The translations under genes and the position numbers were made by a program. DNA of 64,000 bases from Perna viridis. Taxonomy: Eukaryota. The notes below the pieces were generated by a model. The model made no database searches. It saw only the letters and a program-made list of their open reading frames with translations, and was not told the origin of the DNA. Every line of letters begins with the position of its first letter. Within the stretch, counting starts at the first letter, position 1. The stretch spans positions 31,744,001 through 31,808,000 of the forward strand of contig CM074522.1 of the NCBI GenBank assembly GCA_037379345.1, written 5' to 3'. Positions 62,141-64,000 of the stretch are shown piece after piece.

Positions 62141-62866
62141 TTAAATATAGATATATCATGTGTACTGTCTATTCTGATTGGTTTCGAGTTCCAAACTATA
62201 GTCATATTATACGGTGTATTTAAATAAATATTTCTAAGCGAACTTTAGATATAGTAGATAATTATATTGTCAAAATGTAATACAAGCCGCCATTTATTAG
62301 GAACAGCTAACTATGGTGCGGAACTTTGTCGCTTCTTAAAATGTCATAGAGTTTCAATCTAAAGCGTTTATTATCACGAAATATTTCTTAGAACAGGAGA
62401 ACGATAAAATACATTTCAAATTGTAGTTTCAATGGTAACTGTTGTCTCAATGTGTATGTTTTTTTATGATATTTAAAAAGGTAGTTATTAAAGTCATTGA
62501 TGTACTTATAAAATCATCTGCATTTCTGTCTCTGTTTAACCTAAATATGAAATAGAAGCATAGATCCAAATTTGTCAAGACCATTTAATGAAATATGCAA
62601 GTTTTTTCTTTATTTTATGTAGCCGGTTGAATATGTAGAAAGTCATAACTATCGACAGAATCATACAGTTATATAGTCGACCTAATACCTCGAAAGAAGT
62701 TTTAACACTCCAAAAATGGTTATATCGTTATTTTCATAGTATTAATTGCAATAATTAATAACAAAGTTTGTTTAGATTTTTTTAAGTAGAGGTAAATTAT
62801 TTAGAAATACAAATAGTATGTACATTCTAAAGATTACTTGTAGTTACGTTTCCTTATTTTTATCAG

Positions 62867-63198
62867 ACGATCAAATACAAGTGTTTGAACCTCACAAACT
62901 AATAATTACTCATGGTTCGTACACAGTCAGGGGGTCAGGGATAAAAAAAAACAGCCTCATGACATTCATTTGGGACCATACCATCTTTTTTTCTAGATCT
63001 GTCACCAAGAAATCAACGGACTGGTTAATTGAAGAAGTAAAAAAAAAAGACAAGCAGTCTTGGCATAAAGCTAAAGAACGAATGAGTGAAAACAAGGGAG
63101 AAAATATAAGGCTGCTTCTTTCGGACGATTTTTTGAAAATGAGGTTTATGTCAAATCACTGCGCTGTTATTGTCTTCGACAAAAAGTATTTCATATAA
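62867..63198 (+). CDS. Possible terminal coding exon of an unidentified gene
   Basis: Polypyrimidine tract plus CAG acceptor ending at 62866, followed by about 110 open codons with protein-like composition (DQIQVFEPHKLIITHGSY...TFIWDHTIFFSRS...FDKKYFI*). No family recognised and no upstream exons identified. Confidence 0.35.
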
Positions 63199-64000
63199 AA
63201 CTGACTAAAATGTACTGTTCAATAGGTGACGATGTACTAAACCGTTGTAATATATAAAGATACATATTTTCTTTATAAGGCAAACATACTTTAATAATAG
63301 GTATACGGATTTTAAACATGATTAATATAAATTCAGTCGTTTTATTATTTCAAAGCTGCCTAAAGATGGACAGTAGACTAATTTGTATATTACCATTTTG
63401 ATAACAGTCTGCAATTACATTTGATAACACATGATTCATCTAGCAGGCATCTATCATTTGTCTTGGAAGGTCATTTGCGTCATCAAACTGGTATTCATTT
63501 GTTAATCATTAGTGGTACAATTAAAGGTCATTTGATCACTAAATGGGTTTGAGTTATATATTAAAAAAGTTACAAAAAAGTATCTATATATTGAGCTAAG
63601 TTCTTCAAACTTGTAATTTACATAGAATATCATCTCGATTGCATTATTGGATAGGAACTTCAAACAACACCACTGCTTCTGTCTCTTAACCTATTTTTCA
63701 CCATATATTGATGTTGTCTATTCAGTGAGACGGTATTTGCTTTGTGTGATGCAAACAATGATTAATATAGTCAACTGAAATATGAAGAAATAGAAGTTTA
63801 ATAGCATAAAACACGTTTAAGTATGTAACGTGTATAACAGAGACGATGAAAACATAACTTGGCATTCAATTAACACAAATATGAAAAAACGAGACACAAC
63901 GATAAAATTTGAAACATTTTCTTGTATGTTTTGTCAAACATATTTTTTTTTTTGAAATTTCCAATTAAAGGAGTCCATTTTGTTTAAAACAGAAGTAACA

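Overview
AT-rich, intron- and repeat-rich eukaryotic DNA, most consistent with a bivalve mollusc (judged from gene and repeat families; not proven). Four spliced genes could be rebuilt by hand from GT-AG boundaries and reading frame. (1) The last 3 exons of a polypeptide GalNAc-transferase (GALNT) paralog A, 186-3080, +. (2) A complete 10-exon tandem paralog B, 8995-19380, +, 599 aa. (3) An 8-exon divergent sarcosine/pipecolate-oxidase-like flavoenzyme, 23546-31975, +, 379 aa. (4) A 2-coding-exon class-B-like GPCR with a somatomedin-B-like Cys-rich ectodomain, 45272-36754, -, 817 aa. The rest is mostly mobile DNA: about 18 fragments of a Penelope-like (Naiad-type) retroelement, two copies of a SINE-like element with no tRNA head, V-SINE-like copies, a decayed two-gene PIF/Harbinger element, a decayed intron-containing transposase, several TTAA- and TA-flanked MITE families, foldback palindromes and minisatellites. 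The best leads are two candidate structured RNAs carried by retroelements (a multi-stem fold in the Naiad-type 3' UTR and a pseudoknot head on the SINE-like element) and the remodelled active site of the oxidase. Most short ORFs in the supplied track are spurious.
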